Shown: positions 29,146 to 39,442, counted from the first letter of the stretch. The stretch is 64,000 nt of DNA from Thermoplasmatota archaeon (GCA_029762535.1 JARVGK010000015.1:20-64019); one strand, 5' to 3'. Notes: generated from the letters alone by a model not told the origin. Made by a program: numbers and translations.

Positions 29146-31071
29146 TCATTCCTCCAGAGGTCCCATTGCCCCGAAGGGACATACCTGTTCGCAGACACCG
29201 CAGCCCAGGCACAATCCCGGGTCTATGTAATGCTCTTCCCCTATCTTGTAGAATGCGGGACAGGCGAAGGTCTTGGTACATGCGTTGCATTTCTTACATT
29301 TTTCCTGATAAACGGTGTATTTCAATCGTGACCTCCCTCTCTTCCTCAACTCCCTGTCCCAGAGGAGTGCACAAACGGACCTCGTGATTATAACCGATAC
29401 TCCATCGTGCTCCAGTGCCTCCTCGAAGGCCTTCTGTGTCTCCTTGACCTTAAGCGGATCGATGACCTTGATGAATTCGACGCCTATTCCCCTGCATAAT
29501 TTTTCGATGTTTATCGCGTTGGCAATGCCTCCCATTCCGTCCATGGGCAGACCAGGGTGGGGCTGATGGCCTGTCATGGCGGTGGTGGCGTTGTCCATTA
29601 TGTTAAGGACGAATTTGTGGCCGCTGTGAACGGCGTTGATAAGAGGTGGTATCCCTGAATGGAAGAACGTCGAATCCCCTATGAAGGCGATGACCGGCTC
29701 ATCAACGATCCTCGAGAGGCCTCCGGCGGATCCGACGGAGCTGCCCATGCAAATAAGGAGATCCCCAGTAGACTGAGGCGGGGCGATGCCCAGGGTATAG
29801 CAGCCTATGTCAGTGGGATACACCGCCTTACCCTTGGTGGCCCTCTTTACCGCGAAGTAAGTGGCCCTGTGTGGGCAGCCGGGGCAAAGGACCGGAGGTC
29901 TCGGAGGTGTCGGTAGGTCCTTCCACTCGAAAGATCCTATGGTCAGGTCAGGGACATTCATACCCTCACCTTCGAGTATGGACGCTATACCCCTTGCTAC
30001 GATATCAGGATTGAATTCGAACTCCCGGGGGAAGTGAGAGTCCCTTTTACCGAGGACGGGGGTCCCGATCCCCAACTCCTTGCAGACGATCTTGACCGCT
30101 TCTTCCAGGTATGGCTCGAGCTCCTCCACGATGATAATCTCGTCCTGTTCCCGGCAGAATTCCGCTATCGCCTCTTCCGGCAGAGGTGATGTCATCCCCA
30201 ATTTCAGAACTCTTGCCTCCATCCCGAACTCCACGCTTTCGAGCGTCTCCATCAGGTAATTGAACGCTACCCCTGATGTTATAAAACCAATCCTCTTCCC
30301 ATATAAGTTGGCCGTAGACGGTACAACCACCTTGTTATAAGGCGAGACCTCTGATTCCTCCTTCATCAAGGGTATGAGTTTGAGGATCTCCAGATGCCTC
30401 GTCCTCGCGTTGGCCGGCACGGTGACAAAACGGGAAGGATCCCTTTCAAAATGAACCCTCTCGGAGGAGATCTCCGGGACCGCATCATAGGTGACCACGC
30501 CTCTGACGTGGTTCATCCTTGTGGTCGTGCGGAGGAGAACGGGCATGCCGAACCTCTCAGAGATATCGAAGGCATAATGCATCATGCTTCTAGCCTCCTC
30601 CGGAGTCGCCGGCTCGAGCATGGGAACGCTCGACATCTTGGCGAAATACCTGTTGTCCTGTTCGTTCTGCGAGGAATGGCAGGATGGATCGTCCGCGCTG
30701 AGAACCACGAAGCCTCCCCGGACTCCCGTGTAGGCAAGGGTCATGAAAGCGTCGGAGGCCACGTTGAGGCCGACGTGCTTCATGAATGCGAACGACCGAA
30801 CTCCGGCCACTGCCGCGGCGGCCGCTACCTCGAAGGCCACCTTCTCGTTGATGCTGAACTCGAAGTATATCCCAGCCTCTTTTGAGATCCTCTGAAAAGT
30901 GTTACCTATCTCGGAGGAGGGCGTCCCCGGATACGTCGCTGCGACACGGATCCCGGATTCCAAGGCTCCTCTCACGACAGCATCGTTCCCTAAAAGCAGG
31001 ACCTTCTTTCCCGGTGCATCTTCCAATATCTCATCCATAGTATCACTCTCTCTGATGGACCAACGGATCAT
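29146..31071 (-). CDS. iorA: Indolepyruvate:ferredoxin oxidoreductase subunit alpha
   Basis: YPGTPSSE, MKHVGLNVA, SSQNEQD, RPPVLCPGCPHR, DIGCY, GDSTFFHSG, C-terminal ferredoxin. Confidence 0.95.
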   Translation of the reverse strand: MIRWSIRESDTMDEILEDAPGKKVLLLGNDAVVRGALESGIRVAATYPGTPSSEIGNTFQRISKEAGIYFEFSINEKVAFEVAAAAAVAGVRSFAFMKHVGLNVASDAFMTLAYTGVRGGFVVLSADDPSCHSSQNEQDNRYFAKMSSVPMLEPATPEEARSMMHYAFDISERFGMPVLLRTTTRMNHVRGVVTYDAVPEISSERVHFERDPSRFVTVPANARTRHLEILKLIPLMKEESEVSPYNKVVVPSTANLYGKRIGFITSGVAFNYLMETLESVEFGMEARVLKLGMTSPLPEEAIAEFCREQDEIIIVEELEPYLEEAVKIVCKELGIGTPVLGKRDSHFPREFEFNPDIVARGIASILEGEGMNVPDLTIGSFEWKDLPTPPRPPVLCPGCPHRATYFAVKRATKGKAVYPTDIGCYTLGIAPPQSTGDLLICMGSSVGSAGGLSRIVDEPVIAFIGDSTFFHSGIPPLINAVHSGHKFVLNIMDNATTAMTGHQPHPGLPMDGMGGIANAINIEKLCRGIGVEFIKVIDPLKVKETQKAFEEALEHDGVSVIITRSVCALLWDRELRKRGRSRLKYTVYQEKCKKCNACTKTFACPAFYKIGEEHYIDPGLCLGCGVCEQVCPFGAMGPLEE

Positions 31072-31982
31072 GCATCCGGTACTTTTGCCCTTTCGAGACT
31101 TAGGCTCTCGAGCCTCAATAGTTCATCGTATGCTCTATCGAGATCCGTTTCTAACTCGTTGATCAGATCTTCTGGCATGTGCTTGAAGCGTCCCTGCTTG
31201 AATAGATATTCCTTCAAGGAGGTCTTCTTCGGCTTCATATTGATCTTGTATGATCCGCCCTCTATTTCGAAAAGGTTGAAAGCCCTGCATGATAAGGCTT
31301 CCTTGGCTATCTTTATACTAAGCCCCGGATCCATCTTCCAGCCGGTGGGGCACGGGGCGAATATGTGCATGAACTTTGTTCCCTTTATCGTGAGGGCCTT
31401 CTGCACCTTTCTTATTAGGTCCTCAGGGTATGCCACTGAAGCCGTGGCAACGTATGGTATCCTGTGTGCTGCCATGATTGCCACCATGTTCTTTTTGGGT
31501 GATTTCTCCCAGCTTCCCGTGGTACCGACAGGTGTCGTTGTCGTCCATGCTCCTATTGGGGTGGATCCGGACCTCTGTATGCCTGTGTTCATATAGGCCT
31601 CATTGTCGTACATGATGTATAGTACGTCGTCGTTCCTATCAGCGGTACCGGAGAGGGCCTGGATACCGATATCGGCAGTTCCTCCGTCGCCCGCGAAACC
31701 GATGACGTTCACATCATTCTGACCGGTTGCGTCCAAGGCCGCCCTGATACCGGATATGGAGGCTCCGGTTGTCTCGAACGGAGTATATAGCTCTGGAACC
31801 TGCAAGCACGTATTGGGCCACACTCCGGGCATTACGGCCCAACAGCATGCCGGTATCGAGAGTATCGTTCTTCTGCCTGCTGCCTTGAGAACATACCTCA
31901 TGGCCAGGGTCGCCCCGCAACCCAGGCACCCCATGTGCCCGGGTGACATCAGTTCATCTTCCGGAATTGTGAGCTTAGCCAT
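31068..31982 (-). CDS. porB: Pyruvate/2-ketoisovalerate:ferredoxin oxidoreductase beta subunit
   Basis: GCLGCG, TPP motif GDGG..DIG..DNEAYMNTG, PCPTGW. Confidence 0.9.
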   Translation of the reverse strand: MAKLTIPEDELMSPGHMGCLGCGATLAMRYVLKAAGRRTILSIPACCWAVMPGVWPNTCLQVPELYTPFETTGASISGIRAALDATGQNDVNVIGFAGDGGTADIGIQALSGTADRNDDVLYIMYDNEAYMNTGIQRSGSTPIGAWTTTTPVGTTGSWEKSPKKNMVAIMAAHRIPYVATASVAYPEDLIRKVQKALTIKGTKFMHIFAPCPTGWKMDPGLSIKIAKEALSCRAFNLFEIEGGSYKINMKPKKTSLKEYLFKQGRFKHMPEDLINELETDLDRAYDELLRLESLSLERAKVPDA

Positions 31983-31994
31983 ATTTCCATCCTC

Positions 31995-33197
31995 CTATCG
32001 TTCGACCTCTGGTGTGCTTCCATCGAGAAGACCCCACCAATGAACCTCGCCCTCGTTCCCGTAACCTTTCTTCTCAAAGCGTTCGAGATCGTCGAATATT
32101 CCTCTTATGTGCTTCTGACGTACATCCCTTCCTCCTACACCGACGATGTAGTTCTTCGTGGGAGGTCTGTTCTTGTGATTGTAGAGCTGACCGTTGGTCT
32201 CGTTGTAAAGTGGACCGCCCCTTCCGAAGGTGAAAGCCCTGTCGAGTATTCCTATCGCATGGGCCCTGTCGGCCAAATATCTGACCTCCTCGTATGGGAA
32301 GGGCCTGAACACCCTCAATCTGGCTACGCCTACACGGCGTCCCTCCTTCCTCAATGCGTCTACCACTTCCTTTGCAGTGGACATCATTGTCCCGGCCCCG
32401 AAGAGTATGAAATCGGCATCCTCGCATCTGTACATGTCCATCATTCCGCCGTAGGACCGTCCGGTGATCTCCTTCCATTCCCTGTCGGCCTTTCTGATCC
32501 TCTCCCTTGCTGCGTCCATGCCCCTCGCCATATGGGCCCTGAACTCCATATATTGAGGTGGCATTATGAAAGATCCGAATCCCTTCGGGTCCTCTACATC
32601 GAGCTTGATAGATGGCCTGAAAGGTGGGAGATATCCGTCAACAAGCTCCTGGTCGGGTATGTCCACCGGTTCTGAGGTATGAGAGAGGTAGAAAGCATCC
32701 TGGTTGACCATGGCTGGAAGGAGGACCGAAGGGTCCTCCGCGACCTTATAGGCGATGACGATGCTATCAAGGATCTCCTGGTTGTTCTCGCAGTAGAACT
32801 GGATAACGCCGGTGTCCCTCTGCGCCATCGAGTCCTGATGATCGGCGTAGACGGACCACGGGGGCCCCATGGCCCTGTTCACGTTGACGAGAACGCATGG
32901 GGTCCTAGCTCCTGCAGCCCACATCAATACTTCATGCATGAGTGCTAGCCCGTGGGCCGAGGTAGCCGTGAAGGCCCTGGCGCCAGTGTTCGATGCTGCG
33001 ACGCTTGCGGCCATCGCCGAATGTTCCGATTCTACCATCACGTACTTCGCGTCCCATTTACCAGCGGCTATGAGGTCCGCGATCCTCTCAACGATTGTCG
33101 TCTGAGGGGTTATGGGGTAAGCCGCGATGACCTGGGCTCTGGCGAGCATAGCCCCGTAAGCCGTTGCCTTGTTCCCTGCCATTATCTCCTTGACCAT
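31995..33197 (-). CDS. porA: Pyruvate/2-ketoisovalerate:ferredoxin oxidoreductase alpha subunit
   Basis: YPITPQT, VESEHSAM, LRVFRPFP, GGRD. Confidence 0.9.
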   Translation of the reverse strand: MVKEIMAGNKATAYGAMLARAQVIAAYPITPQTTIVERIADLIAAGKWDAKYVMVESEHSAMAASVAASNTGARAFTATSAHGLALMHEVLMWAAGARTPCVLVNVNRAMGPPWSVYADHQDSMAQRDTGVIQFYCENNQEILDSIVIAYKVAEDPSVLLPAMVNQDAFYLSHTSEPVDIPDQELVDGYLPPFRPSIKLDVEDPKGFGSFIMPPQYMEFRAHMARGMDAARERIRKADREWKEITGRSYGGMMDMYRCEDADFILFGAGTMMSTAKEVVDALRKEGRRVGVARLRVFRPFPYEEVRYLADRAHAIGILDRAFTFGRGGPLYNETNGQLYNHKNRPPTKNYIVGVGGRDVRQKHIRGIFDDLERFEKKGYGNEGEVHWWGLLDGSTPEVER

Positions 33198-33209
33198 ATG
33201 AAGCCCTCC

Positions 33210-33485
33210 TCACTTGTTCTCCGGGACCATCTCGATGCATTTGACGGGGCATTCGTTGGCGCAGATACCACAGCCCTTGCAGTGGTCGTAGTCGTATATC
33301 GGCCCTTCCTCACCAAGGGATATTGAAACGTCCGGGCAGAACTTCCAACATGTCCAGCACCTGATGCATTTCTCGTAATGGCATACAGGCCTGAACGCCC
33401 TCCATCCTCCGGTCTTGACCGTCTTTGAATCGACTGTGTTGATCGGTGTGGGGGGGATCTCATCGATGGTCTGAGGCATTATCAT
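33210..33485 (-). CDS. porD: 2-oxoacid:ferredoxin oxidoreductase delta subunit (2x[4Fe-4S])
   Basis: [32 protein letters not shown]. Confidence 0.9.
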   Translation of the reverse strand: MIMPQTIDEIPPTPINTVDSKTVKTGGWRAFRPVCHYEKCIRCWTCWKFCPDVSISLGEEGPIYDYDHCKGCGICANECPVKCIEMVPENK

Positions 33486-34042
33486 GCACCTCCTGGGAGG
33501 GCCGTAGCTTCATAGGCCTGTTTTGCGGCCTCAGCATTCCTGTCCGCATAGAGTGGAAGTTTCAATACGGCCTTGAGAACGGAGTCGATCGACACAAGTC
33601 CGCTGGCTTTTGCAAGCGCCCCGACTATTGCCGTGTTGACTATTGGTTGGACCCTTGATCCCAGCTTGTTCGCGAGGGCGATCTTTGTAGCCCCGACCGT
33701 TGCGACGTTCTTCACACCGAGTCTCTCGGATATGTCCTTTGCGTCCTCCTCGGTGTTGATAAGGACCAATCCACCTTCCTTGAGGCCTTCTGTTACGTTC
33801 ACGGCCTGGAGCAGGGATGGCTCGAGGACCACGACGATGTCCGGCTCGTATATCATTGCCTTGTCCCTTATCTTATCCGAGTCGATCTTCGTGAAGGCCG
33901 TGACCGGTGCACCTCTTCTTTCAACCCCGAAGTAGGGGAATGCCTGCACGTCCTTTCCTTCCAGGAAAGCCGCGTCTGCGAACAGCTGCGATGCGACGAC
34001 GGCACCCTGTCCGCCCCTTCCGTGAAATCTTATCTCGATCAT
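33482..34042 (-). CDS. porC: 2-oxoacid:ferredoxin oxidoreductase gamma subunit
   Basis: [23 protein letters not shown]; start at ATG 34042 behind GGAGG. Confidence 0.9.
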
Positions 34043-34240
34043 ATGAACCCTCCGTTCCTTTACAGAACAAGCGATGATGGGGTATTTGGCGTCCAATGGA
34101 CCTTCCTTGCCGGGGTGTGGCGGCGTGATAGCCATTGATCCATTGATGCCTGATATCCCGGGGTTGCCGTCAACGTTGAATCTCTAATTTAATCTTGTGG
34201 TCGTAGCCACGTCATATCTATATATGAAGTCGCGTTAATG

Positions 34241-35836
34241 TTATATTTTAAGTGAGAACCTTTTTTTCGCGAGCTCTCTGAGGCGAAATTTCTGGACCTT
34301 GCCAGATTGGGTCATGGGGTATTCGTCAATGAACCAGACATATCTCGGAACCTTGAAATTCGCCAGGTTCATCTTGCAGTAGTTTGTTATATCCTCAGCG
34401 GTCGCGGTCTTTCCCTCCTTCAGCTTGATCGCCACCAGGCCAACCTCTCCGAACTTCGGGTCAGGTACACCGAGAACAGCTACATTTTCAACACAGTTCA
34501 GTTTGAAGAGGAACTCTTCTATCTCCCTCGGATATACGTTGAAGCCGCCGGATATGTACATGTCCTTTTTCCTTCCCACGATCCGAACGAAACCCCTCTC
34601 ATCCATGGTTGCGAGGTCTCCGCTGTGGAGGAACCCTTCCCCATCGATCGCCTCCCGGGTGGCCTCTTCCTTCTTATGATATCCCTTCATGACGTTGTAA
34701 CCCCTCACGACAAGCTCCCCCGTGACGTTCTTTGGAACCTCAAGGTTATTCTCATCAACGATCCTCACCTCCTGCTCCGGGAGGGGTCTACCGACGGTCT
34801 CCACCCTGTCCTTGATATCATCGTCCAGCGATGTCATGGTGATGACGGGAGAGGATTCCGTCAGGCCATAGGCTATCACGATATTCGCCCCCATCTGTTC
34901 TATGGCTCCTTTCATCACCTCTATGGGGCATGGCGCGCCTGCCATGACGCCCGTCCTCAAGTTGGAGAGGTCGTAGCGCCTCTTCTTGATCTCTTCCAGA
35001 TATTCAATGAACATCGTGGGGACGCCGTGGACTATCGTAATCCCGAACATCTCCATGTAGGACAGTGCCTCGGAGGCGTTGAAGGAGGGCATCGGGACCA
35101 TTCCTGAAGAGGCGCTAACGCAAGCTGAGATCCCAATGACACAGCCGAAGCAGTGGAAGAATGGCACCACGATAAGGCAGACATCCCGGCTGTCCTGCCT
35201 CATCTGTTGGGCTATCTGCTCGGCGTTCTTGGATATGTTGAGGTTGGTGAGCATCGCTCCTTTCGGTTCCCCGGTCGTGCCCGATGTGTATAATATGAAG
35301 ACGACATCGTCCTGGGATATCGATCCCTCGATATCGTGAAGGCGTTCATCATACTCATGCCCTTTTCCCATTTCGATCACGGATGGAAGATCTTCCATCC
35401 CCTCGGACCTTCTTTCCCCAAGGACGATGACACGGCGTACGGACGGCAGCTTGCCGCGAAGCTCATCGAGTATATTCACGTAGTCCATGTTCAGGAAATT
35501 GGATGCCATGACAAGAGCGGTCGCTTCGGAATTGTTCATTATGTATTCGACCTCTCCTTTGCGGTATCTTGTGTTCATAGGGACCACAACACCTCCCATT
35601 CGGGATATCCCGAAGAACGCTATGATCCATTCAGGATAGTTGGGCATGTACAGTCCCACGCGGTCGCCTTTCTCTATTCCCAATTTTAAGAGCCCACTCG
35701 CGAATCTGCTCGCAAGCTCGTCGAGCTGGCCATATGTTATCGCTCTATCATCGTAATAGAGGGCGATCCTCTCTGGATGTTCCTTGGCCGCACGTCTCAA
35801 GAGGTTTGACAGAGTATATTTACTGTTAGCTGACAT
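34241..35836 (-). CDS. AMP-forming acyl-CoA synthetase (ACSF2/YngI-like)
   Basis: YTSGTTGEPKG, PFFHCFG, YGLTE, SGDLA, GRKKDM, SGKVQK. Confidence 0.92.
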   Translation of the reverse strand: MSANSKYTLSNLLRRAAKEHPERIALYYDDRAITYGQLDELASRFASGLLKLGIEKGDRVGLYMPNYPEWIIAFFGISRMGGVVVPMNTRYRKGEVEYIMNNSEATALVMASNFLNMDYVNILDELRGKLPSVRRVIVLGERRSEGMEDLPSVIEMGKGHEYDERLHDIEGSISQDDVVFILYTSGTTGEPKGAMLTNLNISKNAEQIAQQMRQDSRDVCLIVVPFFHCFGCVIGISACVSASSGMVPMPSFNASEALSYMEMFGITIVHGVPTMFIEYLEEIKKRRYDLSNLRTGVMAGAPCPIEVMKGAIEQMGANIVIAYGLTESSPVITMTSLDDDIKDRVETVGRPLPEQEVRIVDENNLEVPKNVTGELVVRGYNVMKGYHKKEEATREAIDGEGFLHSGDLATMDERGFVRIVGRKKDMYISGGFNVYPREIEEFLFKLNCVENVAVLGVPDPKFGEVGLVAIKLKEGKTATAEDITNYCKMNLANFKVPRYVWFIDEYPMTQSGKVQKFRLRELAKKRFSLKI

Positions 35837-36005
35837 GAGGTATCACCGACTTATGGTCGGGGTTAGCGATATCACTTAGAAAACCCTTTTGGCTACCTAT
35901 GGCTAAGCATAAAGCTGACCTTTTATGGTCCGGTATCGTGAGGGGGGTGCGGGTTATTATGGGATCCGATAGAAAACCCGATGGTTCCTTTCAACATTAT
36001 AGCGA

Positions 36006-36488
36006 TCACACGGAGGGTTTGAAGCAAACGATATCCTTCATGGTCCCTTCGCGTTCCTTTACGGGCCGCAGGAGAGCTTCGACAGGCAGCCCGGTGAGAT
36101 CCTCATCGGTCTCCTCAACATCGAGAACTCCAAGTATCGATCCGTCAGTTCCCTCGATATCGATCAAGGCCATGCATCTGGGTTTTTCGAGGGGTTCCCA
36201 ATGAGCATCTAACTTTGCGAACGTGTAAAGCCTGACAATGCCGGACGTGGGCACCTCTATCCAGTTATTCTCGGGGATCTCGACGAAGCAGTCCTCGCAG
36301 TAAAGCCTGGCCGGGAAAAGGACCTTTGAGCATTTTGGGCACCTGGTCGCAAGGAAGGTACCCTTGTCGCGAAGGTTCTTGAAGAACCTGTCGCCCGCCC
36401 AGCCGTTGGGATACAGGTAGTCTGCCTGCATGTCCCCCCTCCAGTGCATGGGGGATGTGGGATCGGTCTGTTTCTCGAGGAACGTCAT
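36006..36488 (-). CDS. DUF35 family Zn-ribbon/OB-fold protein
   Basis: CPKC..FPARLYCEDC, G.V..YT, F.P terminus. Confidence 0.88.
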   Translation of the reverse strand: MTFLEKQTDPTSPMHWRGDMQADYLYPNGWAGDRFFKNLRDKGTFLATRCPKCSKVLFPARLYCEDCFVEIPENNWIEVPTSGIVRLYTFAKLDAHWEPLEKPRCMALIDIEGTDGSILGVLDVEETDEDLTGLPVEALLRPVKEREGTMKDIVCFKPSV

Positions 36489-37030
36489 TTTTTACCACCT
36501 CCTTTCTTCAAAGGTTTGAAATATTTGATATCGGTGATGGCTCCGGTCCTCTCGGATACATGTTTCCATACGGCTTTCACGCGCATGCCAATGTGTATCT
36601 CATCAGCCTTTACCTCGCCGAAATAGTGCATTATTCCGTGCTTTGGGGATGCGCCGTCGAGGGAGATCACACCTATGAATATAGGGTCCTTGATCTTTCT
36701 AGCATCAGAGTCGATGTAGGATATGGAGAAGGTCTCTATGGTCCCTGTATCCTCTATCTTTACCCATTCGTCCGTTGGATTGTAGCATCGCTCGCAGAAC
36801 ATCCGGGGAGGAACGAGGATCCTTCTGCACTTGCGGCATTTTCTGCCGACGATACTTCCCTTCTTCAGCTCCTCGAGGAACCTGCTCATGGCCGGTCCAA
36901 GAGCCCAGTTGTACTGGACCTCTGGTTCCCACCAGGAATAGGTGATCTTCCTTCCGTAGATGTCCTTGTTGCCAACATGCGTTCCCCTGGGATCCTTTGG
37001 AACCATCTCATCGTTTCCGGTCATCTTCAT
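36485..37030 (-). CDS. DUF35 family Zn-ribbon/OB-fold protein
   Basis: CRKC..VPPRMFCERC, IGMRVKAVW, YFKP; start at ATGA overlap 37027-37030. Confidence 0.88.
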   Translation of the reverse strand: MKMTGNDEMVPKDPRGTHVGNKDIYGRKITYSWWEPEVQYNWALGPAMSRFLEELKKGSIVGRKCRKCRRILVPPRMFCERCYNPTDEWVKIEDTGTIETFSISYIDSDARKIKDPIFIGVISLDGASPKHGIMHYFGEVKADEIHIGMRVKAVWKHVSERTGAITDIKYFKPLKKGGGKK

Positions 37031-38190
37031 CCCCTCCTCATAACTATAACAGTTCCCATCTGCATGATATCCCCCCATGCCTGGCCCACGCCTATTCTGG
37101 GATCGCCAGGTATCTGTCTCTTCCCTGCCTTCCCGGCAAGCTGCCAGTAAAGCTCGCAGACCTTCTGGCCCATGGTGGCTGCTATTGGATTCCCGACCCC
37201 CATAAGGCCTCCGGAGGGGCACATCGGCATGTCTCCGTCCCTCTCCGTGACCCCTTCCCTGGTCAGGATGGGAGCCTCTCCCTTCTTGCACAGGAGAAGA
37301 CCTTCCATATGATGCAGTTCCTTGTAATCGAAGGGATCGTACGGTTCCGCAAAATCGATCTCCTTTCTGGGGTTGTTTATATGTGCCATCTTGTAGGCCA
37401 TCTTTGCCGCGTTGGCCACGTACTGGGGGAAGTAAAGGTCCCTGTTCGTCCACATGGTCGAGTCTATGTTCCATCCGACCCCCGATACGAAGACAGGATC
37501 GTCGGTGAACTGTCTAACCTTGTCCGCGGAGCAGAAGATCAGGGCAGAAGCGCCGTCGCTCGGAGGGCTTATGTCAAGCCTCTGAACGGGCCATGCCATG
37601 ACCTCGGAGTTGAGAACGTCCTCTATGGTTATCTTCTCATCCGGGATCTGTGCGCAAGGATGGCCGACAGCGTTCCTCTTGTTCTTCACCGCAACACGGG
37701 CGATGTCCTCCTTCTTGATGTTGTAGACCGACATGTATCGGTTCATCTCCATGGCGAACAGCCATACGAGATTCGGGTTCAACGGCCTGTCGAGGATCGG
37801 GTCCCATATGTGTCTGAAGGCCGTTTGGGGATGGGGGTAGCAGCTGCCCATCTTCTCCTCGCAAACGACGAGGGCGATATCCGCAGCGCCGGAGGCCACG
37901 TGCCACCATCCAGCTATCGGGGCGAATACACCTGTTCCGCCACCGTTGAACACTCGAACGTAAGGTTTTCCAGTCCCCGCCGCGCCGTCGGAAAGGTTCT
38001 CACCTTTCATATGGATACCATCGAAAGCATCGGGAGCACTTCCCATGACGACCATGTCTATGTCCTTTTTCTCTATACCTGCCTCCTCCATAGCCATCTT
38101 CGTGGCCAAAAAGGAGAGTTCCTTTCCGGTCTCGAGCATTCTGCGGCGGAATACGGTCATACCCGCCCCAATGACCGCTACGTCCTTCAT
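37027..38190 (-). CDS. Thiolase-fold (SCP2-type) protein lacking catalytic Cys, Ltp3-like
   Basis: VAVIGAG, GSAPDAFDG, RVFNGGGTG, SDGASA, AEPYDPF, SGGLMGVGNPI. Confidence 0.85.
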   Translation of the reverse strand: MKDVAVIGAGMTVFRRRMLETGKELSFLATKMAMEEAGIEKKDIDMVVMGSAPDAFDGIHMKGENLSDGAAGTGKPYVRVFNGGGTGVFAPIAGWWHVASGAADIALVVCEEKMGSCYPHPQTAFRHIWDPILDRPLNPNLVWLFAMEMNRYMSVYNIKKEDIARVAVKNKRNAVGHPCAQIPDEKITIEDVLNSEVMAWPVQRLDISPPSDGASALIFCSADKVRQFTDDPVFVSGVGWNIDSTMWTNRDLYFPQYVANAAKMAYKMAHINNPRKEIDFAEPYDPFDYKELHHMEGLLLCKKGEAPILTREGVTERDGDMPMCPSGGLMGVGNPIAATMGQKVCELYWQLAGKAGKRQIPGDPRIGVGQAWGDIMQMGTVIVMRRG

Positions 38191-38191
38191 A

Positions 38192-39442
38192 TCAAGCACC
38201 TCCTTTCTGGAAAATGGCCACAGCACCACTGTTCGACGGTATGCCTCTCCAGGCCTGGGCAAGGCCTATTTCGGCATCATCGACCTGTCTTCTTCCAGCC
38301 TCTCCTCTGAGCTGGACAACTATCTCAAGAGCCTTCTGGAGACCCGTAGCTTCGTAGCAGTTACCAACTCCAAGCGAACCTCCCGAGACGTTGGTGGGTA
38401 TAGAACCGTCCCTTCCAAGTTCTCCGTCCTCAAGTAGCATAGCCCCTTCACCAGGCTTTGCTAGATCGAGCGCCTCGAGGTGCTGAAGTTCCTTGAAAGA
38501 GAACCTATCGTCCACCTCTGCTATGTCGATCATCTCTCTCGGCCTTTCGATCCTGGACATTTTGTAAGCCATCCTGGCGGCCTTCGCGGCGTAACCGCCG
38601 TCGAACTCCCTCGTTCCGAGCCAGGGCGTATCGGAGCACCATCCGAAACCGGACATGTACAGCGGCTCGACCCCTAGCTCCCTGGCCCTCTCCTCGGATG
38701 CCAGTACGAAGGCTATGGCACCGTCCACATTGGGGGAGATCTCGAGGGATTTCAAGGGTTTGAATAGATATTGGGACCCCATGACATCCTCTGCCGTGAT
38801 ATTCGCCTCATAATCGGCCATGGGATTGTGGAAGGCCGCCTGTTTGTTCTTTGCAACGATCTGGGCACAATGCTCCTCAGTGGTTCCCGTCGTCCTCAGG
38901 TAATGCTGCATCTCCATACCGGCCAGGAAATAGGGATGGACCCTCTGTTTCTCATCTGTAGCCCCTATCAGAGGTTTTGGCTCCTCCTTAGTGTATGTAG
39001 GGGAACCTCCATATCTCGGCCTCTGTACCGGACCGGTGACCGGCCTGTCGAAGATGGGGTCCATGGCATGGAGCATTATCTCTCCCGGGGTCAAAAGATC
39101 GGAGATCTTGCTATGTGCCTCCACAAGTACCGTATCGAGCAGACCAGTCTTTATCTGCATGTATGCGGTACCAAGACCGTAGAGGCCGTCTCCCGTGATG
39201 GTCATGCATGGTCTGAGGACCGCCCCGATCTGATCAGGGACGAACTCATCGAATATCGAGAAACCCTCCCAGTAGTCCTCACCGCACGTGATGAAGCTGT
39301 CCACATCCTTTCGGACGTCGATCCCCGCATCACGATACGCTTTCTGGCATGCCCCGTACATCATCTCCTTCCACTGAATATCCGGTGTCATGGAATTAAA
39401 ATCGCTGTATCCAACCCCTATAACGCATACTTTTCTGCTCAA
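38192..39442 (-). CDS. Thiolase-fold (SCP2-type) protein lacking catalytic Cys, Ltp4-like
   Basis: VCVIGVG, EDYWEG, ITGDGLYG, VDGAIA, AEVDDRF, NVSGGSLGVG. Confidence 0.85.
   Translation of the reverse strand: MSRKVCVIGVGYSDFNSMTPDIQWKEMMYGACQKAYRDAGIDVRKDVDSFITCGEDYWEGFSIFDEFVPDQIGAVLRPCMTITGDGLYGLGTAYMQIKTGLLDTVLVEAHSKISDLLTPGEIMLHAMDPIFDRPVTGPVQRPRYGGSPTYTKEEPKPLIGATDEKQRVHPYFLAGMEMQHYLRTTGTTEEHCAQIVAKNKQAAFHNPMADYEANITAEDVMGSQYLFKPLKSLEISPNVDGAIAFVLASEERARELGVEPLYMSGFGWCSDTPWLGTREFDGGYAAKAARMAYKMSRIERPREMIDIAEVDDRFSFKELQHLEALDLAKPGEGAMLLEDGELGRDGSIPTNVSGGSLGVGNCYEATGLQKALEIVVQLRGEAGRRQVDDAEIGLAQAWRGIPSNSGAVAIFQKGGA

Noticed and set aside
34043-34240. TPP riboswitch, RNase P or SRP RNA upstream of por
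   Set aside because: No CUGAGA core; AGGAAGGTCC resembles an RNase P motif but the partner motifs and length are missing; no SRP helix 8 motif
36997-38310. 437-aa plus-strand ORF and other long antisense ORFs (34307-35107, 38771-39592, 56519-57352)
   Set aside because: Shadow frames opposite well-supported genes, with no motifs
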